Part shown: positions 25,539 through 38,242 of the stretch, one piece after another
How the letters are laid out: each line of letters opens with the position of its first letter
Numbering within the stretch: the first letter of the stretch is position 1
Assembly (NCBI GenBank): GCA_963575745.1
Contig: CAUYUJ010000059.1
Location: 248,001 to 312,000, forward strand
Length of the DNA stretch: 64,000 nucleotides
Reading direction: 5' to 3'
Origin: Prorocentrum cordatum
Lineage: Eukaryota
The notes under the pieces: model-generated
What the model was told of the DNA's origin: nothing
What the model saw: the letters and a program-made list of their open reading frames with translations, nothing else
The model's database searches: none
Translations under genes and position numbers: made by a program

Positions 25539-25652
25539 TCCTCCTCCGCCTCCTCCGCCTCCTCCTCCCCCTCCTCCCCCTCCTCCTCCTCCTCCTCCTC
25601 CTCCTCCTCCTCCTCCTCCTCCTCCTCCTCCTCCTCCTCCTCCTCCTCCTTC

Positions 25653-25683
<31 letters not shown>

Positions 25684-26596
25684 TCCTCCTTCTCCGTCTG
25701 CGCCTCCCCCTCATCCCCCTCTTCCTCCTCCTCCTCTGCCTCCTCCTCCTTCTCCTCCTCCTCTCCTTTGTGGCAATACGACGATCGCACGACCAGGGTC
25801 CACGCTCGATGGCTCCCCGTCGGCGGCGACAGGGGGGGGAAGCGAGAAGGAGAAGGCCTTCTCAGAAGGTTCGGAAACCCTTTGGCCTTCTGAGAAGCTG
25901 TCCTAAGCCTTCCCCGTAGACAGAAAAAAACTTCCCGGAGGAAGCGAGGGGGCTTCGCAGGAGTCCCGCCCCTTTCTGGGAGAAGTCCGTCCCCCTCTCC
26001 TCTCCCCCCCTCGCCCGCCGCCGCCCTGGTCCTGCCCGTTCCCTCGGCCTGCCGAGGGGGACGGGGAGGGGGAGGCGGAGTCGGAGGCGGACGCGGAGGC
26101 GGAGGCGGAGGCGGAGGCGGAGGCGGAGGCGGAGGAGGAGGAGGAGGAGGAGGAGGAGGAGGAGGAGGAGGAAGACGAGGAGGGCGAGGAGACGAGGGAG
26201 GGGGGAGGAGGAGGAGGAGGATGAGGAGGAGGAGGAGGAGGAGGAGGAGGACGAGGACGAGGAGGAGGAGGAGGAGGAATCTTGCCTGCCCGCGCGCTGC
26301 TTCCGTGAGGACTCGGAGGGGGACGACACGGCCGACCAGGACCCCCGCGGAGGGCGCGCAGAAAACGGGGCAGAGGGCGTGGGGGGGGGGGCCTCCCGAG
26401 AGAAGGCGCGGGACCTTTCGGAAAAGGCTCGGCCCCTTGCACGCCAGTCGTTGCAAGTACTGTAGGTACGTAGCACCCCGCAAATGCGGATAAGAGTGAG
26501 GGGTAGGGCTTCGGCAACGCGGGCGTTGAGCCGGCGGACCTCGTGGCCCTCACCTTCCCTGTCGATGGCGTCCTCCTCTTCCTCCTCTTCCTCCTC

Positions 26597-26627
<31 letters not shown>

Positions 26628-26776
26628 TCTTTCCTCCTCCTCCTCCTCTCCTCTCCTCCCCTCCTCCTCCTCCTCCTCTCCTCCCCTCCTCCTCCTCCTC
26701 CTCCTCCTCCACCCCCTCTTCCTCCTCCTCCTCCTCCTCCTCCTCCTCCTCCTCCTCCTCCTCCTCCTCCCTCTCC

Positions 26777-26809
<33 letters not shown>

Positions 26810-27073
26810 TCCCCCATCACGATCCTCTACCAGTCCCATTGTTCCCTTCGGGGAGGGTTTTGCACTCCCCTGCATCCGGGCCTCTGGGTCCAGAGGGGGG
26901 ACCGCAAGGGGTTAGAGCGTCGAAGATTGTGAATATGGCCCTCAGCTTGTGTCTGCCAGCTGAAGGTGCCCTCCGAAATCTCCCAGATAGCCCAAGACAG
27001 GTCAACGTAGCTTCCACATCCTCCGCCTGCACCTCTTGATGTCCTCCTGCTGCTCCTCCTCCTCCTCCCTCCT

Positions 27074-27106
<33 letters not shown>

Positions 27107-27709
27107 TCCTCCTCCTCCTCCTCCTCCTCCTCCCCCTCCTCCTCCTCCTCCTCCTCCTCCTCCTCCTCCTCCTCCTCCTCCTCCTCCACATTCTCCTTAC
27201 ATCCTCTCTTCTTCCGCGTCCTCCTCGTCCCCTGTTTACTCCTCTGCCTCGCCCTTCTTTCTCAAGATAACAGCAAACCAATCCTTTGTTCCACTGAATG
27301 CTCCCCGACTTCTCTGATCCAGGCAACCCGCCAGGGTAAAGTTGCTGGATGGGTTGGTGTGGATGAGCGAAGCTTGAAGAGGTGTTGGGGGGTTCAGACG
27401 GCATGCTAAATCCGCCGCCGCGCTTGTGCGGCACTGGCGTGCTGTGTGGTAGGGTTCGTGGACGCCCCCCTCAGGAGGGTCCTTGAGCGCCCCGAGGCCC
27501 CTTAATTGTGGGCGCCTTGCGGCAGCTTCCCCTGAACCCAGGCTTTGGGCACGGATGCCGAATTGCAGCAGGCAGCTGGATTGTCAATGGATGTGTTCAG
27601 ACACAGCCCCGCCGCAGGTGCCGACGTGCTGATGCAGAGTCAACGTGGGCCGGATCGGGGGAATGGCACGAGGGCGCTTTCCCCAATCAATGCGAGCAAG
27701 CCAGCCGCC

Positions 27710-28535
27710 GGCGCCGATTTGCGTGTTCTGACAAGTTCAGCGCGGGGGGGATCGCTGGTGGGCCACCCGGAACGAATGTAAAAACAGCCCGCCGCAGGCG
27801 CCCGCCGAATTCTTGGCTTGTTCAGTGAACGTAGTGTGGGTCGCGGGTGGGCCGCGGGCTCTCCACCTCCACCTGGAAGGAATTCAAAGACAGCCCGCCA
27901 GGCGGCGAACATTTTGATTTGTACACTGAACGCGGTTTGGGTCGAAGGTTCTCCACCTGGAACGAATGCAAAAGAAACCCGCCGCAGGCGCCGAATGTTT
28001 GGCTTGTTCAGTGAACGTAGTGTGGGTCGCGGGTGGGTTGCGGACTCTCCACCTCCACCTGGAAGGAATTCAAAAACAGCCCGCTGCGGGCGGCGAGAAT
28101 CTTGATTTGTACACTGAACGCGGTTTGGGTCGCGGGTGGGTTGCAGGTTCTCCACCTGGAACGAATGCAAAACAAACCCGCCGCACGCGCCGAAAATTTT
28201 GGGTGGGTCGCGGGGTGGGTCGCGGGTGGGTCGCGGGTGGGTCGCGGTGGGTCGCGGGTGGGTCGCGGGTGGGTCGCCAGGGGGGGCGCCGGTGGGTCGC
28301 GGGGTGGGTCGCGGGTGGGTCGCGGGTGGGTCGCCGGTGGGTCGCGGGTGGGTCGCCGGGTGGGTCTCGGAGTGGGTCGCCGGCGGTTCGCGGGGTGGGT
28401 CGCGGGTGGGTCGCGGGTGGGTCGCGGGTGGGTGGCGGGGTGAATCGCGGGTGGGTCGCGGGGTGGGTCGCGGGTGGGTCGCGGGGTGGGTCGCGGGTGG
28501 GTCGCGGGTGGGTCGCGGGGCGGGTCGCGGGTGGG
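27710..28535 (+). repeat. Composite tandem repeat: ~185 bp units followed by (GGGTCGCGGGT)n
   Basis: TTCAGTGAACGTAGTGTGGGTCGCGGGTGGG...CTCCACCTGGAA repeated at ~27820 and ~28006, then an 11-12 bp array at 28200-28535. Confidence 0.85.
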
Positions 28536-29699
28536 ACGACGACAACAAGAAACAACAACAACAACAACAACAACAATCATTTTACCCGAACGCTCAGTGT
28601 TCTCACCAGTGCCAGGGTTTTCATGCGACGCGAGACAATACCCCCACTTCGTGGGGGGGCAGTTCAAGCTCTACCAAATATCCAAACGACTCTTCGCGAC
28701 CACCCAAACCCAGCTTCCCGCCCTATGACGTTGGGACACTTCACTTCGTGGCGTGCGGACGACCGTGGCTACTACACTGGCGTGGGGTACACACCCACAG
28801 AGCTTGGTCACTTATTCGGGGCGCGCGTGTGCCCAGCATCCTGCAATTGTGACATACAATACATGACACAGACAGACAGAGAGAGAGACAGAGAGCAGAC
28901 AGAGAGAGAGACAGAGAGAGCGGAGTTCTGGCCCCTGGCAGGCGCGCGAACCCCGTTGCAAGAGCGTGCGAAAGTAGCTCGCGCGAGCTCATGTAACATA
29001 AATGTTGGAAAACCATTGGTTTTTTTAGGATTCGGACAGCGCGCGCGGGTGGAAATTTTGAAAAGTCGTGCAGGTGTTTTTCGAGGACCTACGGTGCGAT
29101 TCGTGTGATTTTATGATGCGCGGTGCTAAAATTCTTAAGAACCCAATGGTTTTTGGAGATTTCGGCGTGCGCGCGCGAAGAAAAAACGAATGTGTCCCGC
29201 ATGGTATTATTTGACAGGGATGATGGCCCTGGCAGGTGCGCAACCGTTGTCGCAGAAGTTCGAAAAAGTTGCTCGCAAAAGCCCGTTTGACAGAATTGTT
29301 TAAAAAGTGTTGGTTTTCCTACGAATCCGCAAGAGCGCGCGGAAGGACATTTTGACAATTTTTTCTTAAAAAACCATTGGGTTTTTGATGTTTTTATGTT
29401 AAAATCGCTACGAAACCTAAGGTTTTGGAAGGATTTCGTCTTGCGCGCACGAATGTCCACTTTACCTTATTTTTTGCAAGGGATTCTTGCAATTTGATCA
29501 AGTAAGAACAAGAATTTTCATTTTATAGTGTTTTTTGCAAGGGAAAACGGATTACAACAAAACAACCGGATCCGGTGACAATCCACTTTTCTGAAGCTTT
29601 CGCTAGAAAATGAAGGAAATGAGGCTGCGGCCTAGGTTTTGGAGGGGGGTCGCGCACCAGGGGTCTCAACAATAATATTTCTTTAGAAGTAATAATATT

Positions 29700-29700
29700 C

Positions 29701-29776
<76 letters not shown>
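29700..29776. repeat. (CAA)n microsatellite
   Basis: Directly visible; a shorter (CAA)n lies at 28543-28577. Confidence 0.95.
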
Positions 29777-29777
<1 letters not shown>

Positions 29778-31457
29778 ATCCGTATCGCGGAATTCCACTT
29801 CAGCCACGCACCCACGGACAGTGAATGACCGTTCGGTTCAGCCCCCTCATTCTGATTTATTTCGGACTTCCAGATCCCAATCTGCTTTGGGCGCCTTCCT
29901 ACTTCAAGGGTCGACTGGCTTCCTTATTTCCTCCTCTGCAGGGGGCGGGGGAAGCCCACTTTGCTTCCAACGCCTTCCTGATTCATGTTTCTGCCCATTT
30001 CTTCCGACAGGCGTGTAAAGCCCAGCCTGTGCACCGCAGTCCCTCTAAGAGACCGGGGGGCCCTTTTCCCAGGCGCCAGGTGTCGTTGAGCAAGCGCGCG
30101 ACGAAGCCAGAATCACTCCTGTCAAAATTCAGAGCAGGGACGCACGGATGTCCTTAGGGTACCCTTGCGTCCTTGCCTTTTCCGGCCCATCTTTGGCGGT
30201 TTTCAGCGGCCAGCCCTTCAGGGTGTTGGCAGACCGCCGCCCAAAAAATGCAAACTTCGACATCCAGGGCCCTTTCCGTCCTCCCCACCCGTCCTTACCA
30301 TAGATGTCCACTCTACACGCCAGTCGTTGAAAGTAGGTGTTTTTGGACTCCCAGATCCCGTTCTACTTTAAGCGTCTTCCCACTTCAAGAATGGATATGT
30401 TTGGATGATTTGGGGGGCTGGCGCAAACCTGATCTAATTCTAGGGCTTGGCTGCCACTTCCCTGGATGGCGTTGGTTGTTTATGATGGTTCTCGTTTGTC
30501 CGTCGGTTGTTTTGGCATGTCTGCCTGGTTTCGGCTGTTTGGGCTTGTTCTCGCTTTTCCGTCGGTTGCCCCAGGCTCGTCGGCCGCCCCTCGGTCGCCT
30601 GGCCCCTTGCCTGACACCTTCCCTGGCTGGTTCTGTTTGTTTTTGTTGATTGTCGTTTGTCCGTCGGGTGCCGTGGTCGCCCCAGGCTCGCACTGTAGGC
30701 TGGCCCTCGGTCGCTCGGCCCCCGGGGTGGCCTCGCCCTGTCTGGCTTGGGGCCGCTTTCGGTGGGCCGTCGGCTGCTCTGCTCTGGCCGCGCCCGGCCC
30801 CCCGGGCCGGCCCTCGGTCGCTCGGGCGCCCATGGGTGCCCAGCGGCCGAGGGCCGGCCGAAGCCAAGCAGGGAGAGAGGCCGCCCCATGGGGGGGCCGA
30901 GCGGCCGCGGGCCGGCCGAGGGGTCGAGCGGCCGAGGGCCGTGTTGCGCGCCGCGGAGGCGGGGCCCTCGAAAAACTTGCAGCACGTCTCGTGTAGTGGT
31001 CGCTGCTTCTGTGTTTGTTTGGCGGCCCCGAGCACGATCTACTTCTTCCGCCCTCCTGCCTTCAGGAGGGAGAAGAACACACAGACACAGGCAATCGTCG
31101 ATTCCTCCGAAAATATGGGCAAATATGGGAAGTGGGGGGGAAGACAAAAACCTGGAACAGATGGGAACAGATGGGGAATCCTTTTATTTGCGTATATTTA
31201 TTTGTGTGTCCCAGGGCCCCTCCCCCCCCGCTCCCCCCCCCCCCGCGCGCGGAACGCCGGGAGGACGAGGACGGGAACGAGGAGGACGACAGCGAGGACG
31301 AGAGCAGTTGAGCCGCCGTCGCGTCTCTCGCTCCCTCCCTCCCTCCCTCCCTCTCTCTCTCTCTCTCTATTCTCTCTCCCTCTCTCTCTCTCTCTTGTTT
31401 TGTTGTTTGTCCTCTCTCTCTCTCTTTCTCCCTCCCTCTTTCTCCCTCCCTCTTTTT

Positions 31458-31493
<36 letters not shown>

Positions 31494-34400
31494 CTCGCGA
31501 GCAAGAGGTCGCTGCGCGGGCTGCCTCGACTCAAGACTCAAGACCCGAAGCGTGACGAGGCCTGCGCGTGAAGGCCAGGCCCCAAAAGAGAGCACGGCGC
31601 CACGGCGCGACGACGACGACGACGACGGCGACGGCGACGACGGCGACGACGACACGACGGCGATGACGGGCGACACCACCCCTACCCGCGGCTCGGGCCC
31701 GCGCTGGGCGGCAGACAGCGCACAGCACGCCGCTCGACGCCTGCTCCCCCCGAGGCGGCCTGCCCCCGCGCGGGCACGGCAGCCTCCCTGGGCCTCTAGA
31801 GGCCGCCGCTGCCCCACAGCTCCGCCTCCGCCTCCGCCTCCTCCCCCTCCTCCTCCTCCTCCTCCTCCTCCTGCCCCTCCTCCTCCCCTCCCCCTCCTCC
31901 TCCGCCTCCTCCGCCTCCTCCTCCCCCTCCCCCTCCGCCTCCTCCGCCTCCTCCGCCTCCTCCTCCTCCTCCTCCTCCCCCTCCTCCTCCTTCCTCCTCC
32001 TCCTCCTCCTCCTCCTCCTCCTCCTCCTCCCCCTCCCCCTCCTCCTCCTCCTCCCCCTCCCTCCTCCTCCTCCTCCTCCTCTCCTCCTCTCCTCCCTCCT
32101 CCTCCTCCTCCTCCCTCCTCCTCCTCCCCTCCTCCTCCTCCTCTCCCCCTCCTCACGGGTCCTCGCCGCGCTCCCGACCCTGCCGGCCCCGGCCACGCGC
32201 GCCGGGGCGCACGCGCGGCACGACGAGCTGCCCGGGCGCGCCGTCGGGCAGCCTGCAGCGACGCCCTCCTCCTCCTCCTCCCCCTCCCCCTCCCCCTCCC
32301 CCTCCCCCGGCAGCAGCGGCAGCGGCAGCGCGTCGGCAGGAAGCGTTTCAGCTGGAGACTCGGCACCCCGAGCAGCGCGGGGCCGGAGACCACGGGTTGC
32401 AGCGTCACCACCTGCCAAACCACCCCAACCTAACCCGAAGGCCTCCATTTGCCCTCCATTTCCAGTGGGGGGGGGGTCGGGGAACGTTGAAAAAACACAT
32501 GGTGCCCGTACCCCCCCCCAACCCGAAATTCGGATCAAATTCGGGTCTTCGGGTTGGGTTGGGGTGGTCTGGTAGGTAGTCAGCAGCTCGATGCCGCTCT
32601 CGAGGACCACCCCCTGTGCGCTTCGGGGCCCGCCCCAGCAGGTGGTGGACAGCTGATGGCCCGGGAGGCGCCGCGTGGAGGGCAGTGCCGAGGCGAGTGG
32701 GCCTGCAGCCGCGACGGTCGAGGCCCCTGAAGGCGCGCAGGAGGGCCAGCCTTAGGTCGGGCCTGTCCCTCTACAGGAGGAATATTGAAAAATAGTCCAA
32801 AGAAAGTCAGGGAATCAGAGGACTATTGTTTGAGTATTTGTTGACCACGTTGGAGCATGTTTTGTGTACTTTTTACTTTTCGTCGAAGATCCCCCTGTAG
32901 GGGGGCACGCCCGACTTGAGGCCAGCCTGAGCCGCCCTCGCCTGCGCCCTGGCCGCCCGGGCGCGGCGCTCTGCCGCGGAGCGGTGAGGCCTCGGCGGGC
33001 GACCCGCGGCAGCGAGCCGCGGGGCCACGGCCGCGGGGGCAGAGGGCGAGGGAGCGGGCGAGGCGGCAGCCCCTCTGGGGAGGGGGGGGGGGAGGGGGGG
33101 GCGCTCGGCGCCAGCTCGCAGGCAGGGCGGGCTTGGCCCGAGCTGGCGCTGCAGCGAGCACGGCTGCGGCGGGCCGCCTCCTCGAAGCCCCGAGGTGGAG
33201 GAGAAGAGGAGCGTGAGGAGGAGGAAGGAGAGGGGGCAGAGGGGGGAGAGGGGGGAGAGGGGGGAGGGGGGAGGGGGGGGAGGGGGAGGGAGGGGGGGAG
33301 GGGGGAGGGGAGGAGGCGCACACTCTCACCTGGGAGTGGGCACCGTCTTGCGATGTGCCGTTTTGGGGGTTTGGGGGAGTTCGCCGGCTTCCATGTGCAG
33401 GGCGCATCTGCCGGCCGGGCACGTTGCTGAGCAGGGAGGGAGAGGGAGGGAGGGAAGAGGGAGGGAGAGAGGGAGAAGGAGGAGGAGGAGGAGGAGGAGG
33501 AGGAGGAGGAGGGCCAGGAGGAGGGAGGAGGTGGAGGAGAAGGAGGAGAGGGATGAGGAGGGGAGAGGGGTGGAGGAGGAAGAGATGGAGGAGGGAGGAG
33601 GAGGAGGAGGAGGAGCAGGAGGAGGAGGAGGGTGAGGAGAAGGGGAGGAGGAGGAGGAGGAGGAGGAGGAGGAGGAGGAGGAGGAGGAGGACATTGCGAA
33701 CAAAAACGCGACGGGCATATGTTCGCTTCCTCTGCGTCGGGGGTCTGTTGAGGCCCTGGGACAATCAAAATCTACTTGCGAGGACCACCGGGTCCCTGGG
33801 CGCTCTAACGTCGTGGGTGAATCACGACGCCAGAGGAAGTTGTGATTGTAACGGGTTCTGCGGAGCCTTTGACTTGAAAAGCTTCCAGTCGGTTTTGCTC
33901 TGAGGGGATGGGGGGGCAACGAGAAAGAGGAGGAGGACGAGCAAGAGGCGGGGGAGGGAGAAGGAGAGAGAAAGAGAGAGAGGAAGGAGGGGAAAGGAGG
34001 GGAAAGGAGGGAGGAGGAGGAGGAGGGGGAGGAAGACCAGAGTAAGCCTAGGATGCATGAACGATGCTGCAATATACCCTCCCATCCCAGGTCCCCTCCT
34101 CACAAGTCCCTACACATCTTACATGTCACTGCGAGCAGCGCCCCCCCCCCCCCTTGTAAGGCGAGCACGCGGTGGGCGTGCCATTCAGGCGGGAGCACCG
34201 CTTTGAAGCGGAATTGCTGGGCATCCTTCCAGCGAGCGGTAAGGGACGCGGAGAGGTACGAGTAGAAAGTTCGACGAGGTCTCCAGCGACACCCCGTATT
34301 TGAAATGGTGCCGCCCCCACCCGTGGATCCGTTGCGCACGCCTGCGCAAGACGTTGGTTCTGGAGGGAGTTAAAAGGAACCGCCCTCCAGTCTTGGAGAC

Positions 34401-34970
34401 TTTACATGTGTTCAGCACCTAGTCGCTGCATCTCAGGAAGGGTCAAGCAAGAGCTGGTCTCTGCATACCAAACGCTGTCCTCTATGTGAACGATGCAAGT
34501 TCTTTAAGACGATCGCGCTCGGCGCTGAATCAGGGCCACGTTTAGAAAGCCAGACGCCCTGCATCCGTGTGTCTGTTGTAAGCGTTTCATACGAATGCGC
34601 GCGGCGCTAAGGCAAGGGCCCAATGTTGGGAAGAAACCGACCTCCATCCGCGTATGTGCTGCAAGTTTCTTAGACGCGAGCGTGCGGCGCTAAGGCGATT
34701 GTCCGGTCTTCAAGCGGACATCGTCTCCATCCGCGCAATTGCTGCAGCTGCCTAGCTTCATGAACGAATGCGGTGAGGATGTCACGCGCCCGCGCTGCCC
34801 TGCCAACACATCTGATGCTTCGACGGGGAGGAGCTCTCCGTAGGGGAAGGGCATGGAGGCAGAGCCGGAGGGCCTGAGCAAACCCAGGACGCAGCAGCGA
34901 TGATGCAAGGCAGCCTCCCGTCGTAAGGTCCCTCCTGGCAAGTCCCCACAAACCTCAGGAGGGGGAGAGC

Positions 34971-35008
<38 letters not shown>

Positions 35009-36675
35009 GAAATCGTGGACTCCCAGGAAAAGATGGAAAGGCACGGGAAGGGGAGGGGGGAAGACGAACACCCAGAAAGGTGGTTGGGAAAGTATGGAAA
35101 AGCTTGGGATGTCTGTGTCTCTTTCTGTGTGTGTCCCAGGGCCCTATTTCAATCGGCGTCCCCCCAACATACTTATACTCTGGGGGGGCGACGCGCGCAC
35201 CGAGAAATCTTATAGTATATGCGTCGTGGCGGGCGCTTTCTGGCCACCCCGCTCGAGAAACGATACACTACAAGATGGGTATACTATACGTTCGGGTCGG
35301 ATGCGCGCCTCCAAGGCGGACATATATGAGGAGGGGGAAAAACACACAGACACAATGAATCGTTAACTCCCAGGAAAATGTGGGAAAATACGGGAAGTGG
35401 GGGGGCAGACAAAAACCTGGAGCATGTGGAAGATATGGGGAATCCTGCTATTCGTGTGTGCTTGCTTGTGTGTCCCAGGGCCCCTTCAACATAGCACTGG
35501 TGTGTTTCTATGCGCCCCACTCAAGAACAAGAAAAAGGAAGCCGGGGCGCCACCCCGCGAGGGGCAGCCCACGCAGCAGCACGTGTTCCAAGGAGGAGGA
35601 GGAGGAGGAGGAGGAGGAGGAGGGGGAGGAGATGGGGATGAGGAGAAGAAGCAGGAGGAGGAACAGAGAAAGATCTGGGAGGAGGAGGAGGAGCAGAAGG
35701 AGCAAGAGGAGGAGCAAAAGGCCGGGTGTATATGGGGGGAGAGGAGGCTGTGGGGGAGGGGGGGGCAGAGCGGCAACAGCAGGAGAGCCCGAATTGCATC
35801 GCGGTCGCGTGCGCACGCCTACGTGCACGCACAGTCACCAACAGGCGTGTGCGCAAGCACGGTCGCACCGGCAATCAATCGAGGGCATCGGGGGGCTGGG
35901 GCGCAGTGTTAGGGGTAGCTCATAAGTGCAGCCGCGGCGCAGGGTCGCACACGACACGTGGCGCATCAACGTTGCTTGAGCAATGTCGTGCCGCCGATCA
36001 GGGAACGAGGCGCCAGCATCAATGCATTTTCTCCGTCCACTTGACGGTCAACGGTGTCGCACACGCAGCTGTGAGCTACTTCTCTCGTTCAGCGCGCAGG
36101 GGATGCCAGTTTGTCAGCGGTTGGATCGTGCTCGGAGCGTCAGTTCCAGATTTGTTCCCAAACGAAAAGCCGAAGGTCATACGACCCCCCACGGTATGAT
36201 CGTGAGGTGTGGCCTCGTTATCCCCCAATCACCGCCTCCTCCCATCCTTTTACTTTCCGTTGTTTGTTCCTGGCTTGCGAAACGGGGAAGGGAAGGAAGG
36301 AGGTTGGAAGAATGGAATAGGGAGGCGGGAGGAAGAGGCAGGGGGGCAAGACGTAGAGATGGTCCGTTGCATTCGAGCAAAGTTAGTTGTTCGTTCGAGA
36401 TTGAATGGTGCGCCGTCTCCGCGGCCTCGTCGTAAGTTTCGTTGATGACCGCGCGGTCTTATCAGCTGTGATTGCGATGAGGTGACTGTTTACCGCACGG
36501 GTACCAACCGAGTTCGCATTGCATGTTTGATCGTAGTAGCCGAAGCATGTCCACTGAAAGAAGGCGTCGCGCGGAGCCATTCAGAGTGACTCAAGCTAGT
36601 GACTCAGAGAGAGCTACACCCCAAAGTGATTCAAGCAAGCGAAGGCCGTCTCCCAGCAGTCTGGTCTTCGCTCCG

Positions 36676-37021
36676 ATGGGTACAGGTGGAAAGAAAGGGA
36701 AAGCGCCAAGCAAGGGCGGCGGCTGCGGCAAACCTGGCGGCAAGCCTGGTGGCGGCGGCAAGCCTGGCCCTGGCGGAAAAGGCGGCGGCGGCAGTTCGAA
36801 ACCCGCCAGCGGCGGCGGTGCGGCATCCAGCAAAGGCAGCACGGCTTGCCGCGATTGGTTGAACGGGCATTGCAGTCGAGGCGCGTCATGCTGGTTCCAG
36901 CACGACCCAGGCGTGCACGGCGCTGGGTCTGGTGGGGCCGCCAGTGGCGGCGGCGGCGGAAACGCTGGCAACTGGCGCGGAGGCACGGGAGTTTCGAGCA
37001 ACGCTGGCAGCTGGCGCACAG
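36676..37021 (+). CDS. First exon of a Gly/Lys-rich CCCH zinc-finger protein (partial gene)
   Basis: MGTGGKKGKAPSKGGG...TACRDWLNGHCSRGASCWFQHDPG = C-x7-C-x5-C-x3-H; candidate GC-AG intron 37022-37142 keeps the frame into the next exon. Confidence 0.6.
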
Positions 37022-37142
37022 GCGGCGGAGCGGCGAACCATCGTTTAGGGTCTATGTGGGCATCCCCAGGGCTTGAGAGTATCTTCTCCTCCCTCCTCCT
37101 CATCCTCCTCTTCCTGCCTCCTCCCTATCCTCCATCTTCCAG

Positions 37143-37230
37143 GCAGCGGCACGACCAGCGATTGCCGGCGTTTCCTGCAGCAGCTGGCCGCGGCGCGCCC
37201 AGAGCGCTTCGAGGGACAGATACAGGACAA
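37143..37230 (+). CDS. Candidate exon 2 of the CCCH protein (GSGTTSDCRRFLQQLAAARPERFEGQIQDK)
   Basis: Follows a pyrimidine tract and CAG; in frame after the proposed splice; GC3-rich; 3' boundary uncertain. Confidence 0.4.
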
Positions 37231-37283
37231 GGGGCCCTCAGAAGTGCCACGCGGACGACGACGACGACGACGACGACGACGAA

Positions 37284-37328
<45 letters not shown>

Positions 37329-38118
37329 CCGGCGGCGACGGCGGTGGCGGTGGCGACGGCGGCGGCTACGACGACAAAGACGAAGAGGACGACGACGACG
37401 ACGAAATTGACCGCCGTGGAGGCGACGGCGACGGTGGCCGCGGTGGCGACGACGACGGCGACGGCAGCAACGTCTGTCTGCAGCGAAGACAGTGGCGACG
37501 AGTAGGAGGAGCAGGGGCAGCCGGGAGGAGGAGTCGGAGGGCGAGGGAGCCTGGGAAGTCATTGACTCCTCATCGTCAGCTGGACGTGGGAAGACATGAG
37601 GTCCACAATCATCAGGAGGGAAAGAAACACACAGACACAATTAATCGTCGATGCCCCAGAAAATATGGGAAAATATGGCAAGTGGGGGGGAAGACAGAAA
37701 CCCAGAAAATATGGGAAAATATGGGGAATCTTTTTATTTGTGTGTATTTATTTGTGTGTCCTGGGGCCCCTTCAAATCACTCTTCAAAGCAGGAGAAAAT
37801 GCCCCCCTTGGGACGGCCTGCCTCGGCGCCCTCCCGAAGCGGGCGGCGGCACGCCGGGCGATCTGCGCCGGGAGCTCGAGCGTCAGCCGAGGCGCCGCCG
37901 GGGGCGGGGTCGGAGCCTGCCTGTCCTGCGAGGCCTCGGCGGCTACGAGGGTTTGGGGAATGTCCTCCACGTAAGGATCTACGTAACTCCTCGGGAGGGG
38001 TGGGAGCCCCACCCGCCCGGCGAGCCCGCCGACGACCAGGAGCGCGACTGATCGCCGCGGGGATGTGTGGGTCGAGTGCCCCGGGCGCCGCCGTTCCCGT
38101 GGGACGGCCTTCGAGCCT

Positions 38119-38242
38119 GGCATCGCTCGGACGTGTGCGTTTTCTCCTCGGCGAGGACCATCGAGGAGCATCCTTGACCATTTGCCGAAGAAGCCACGCA
38201 CGAAACCGACAAAAATACCGGAAATGGACGTCCGAGCGATGG
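38119..38242. mobile_element. MITE family D (copies ~10850 partial, 15328-15451, 38648-38771)
   Basis: TIR CATCGCTCGGACGT / ACGTCCGAGCGATG; shared CTCGGCGAGGACC core. Confidence 0.8.
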
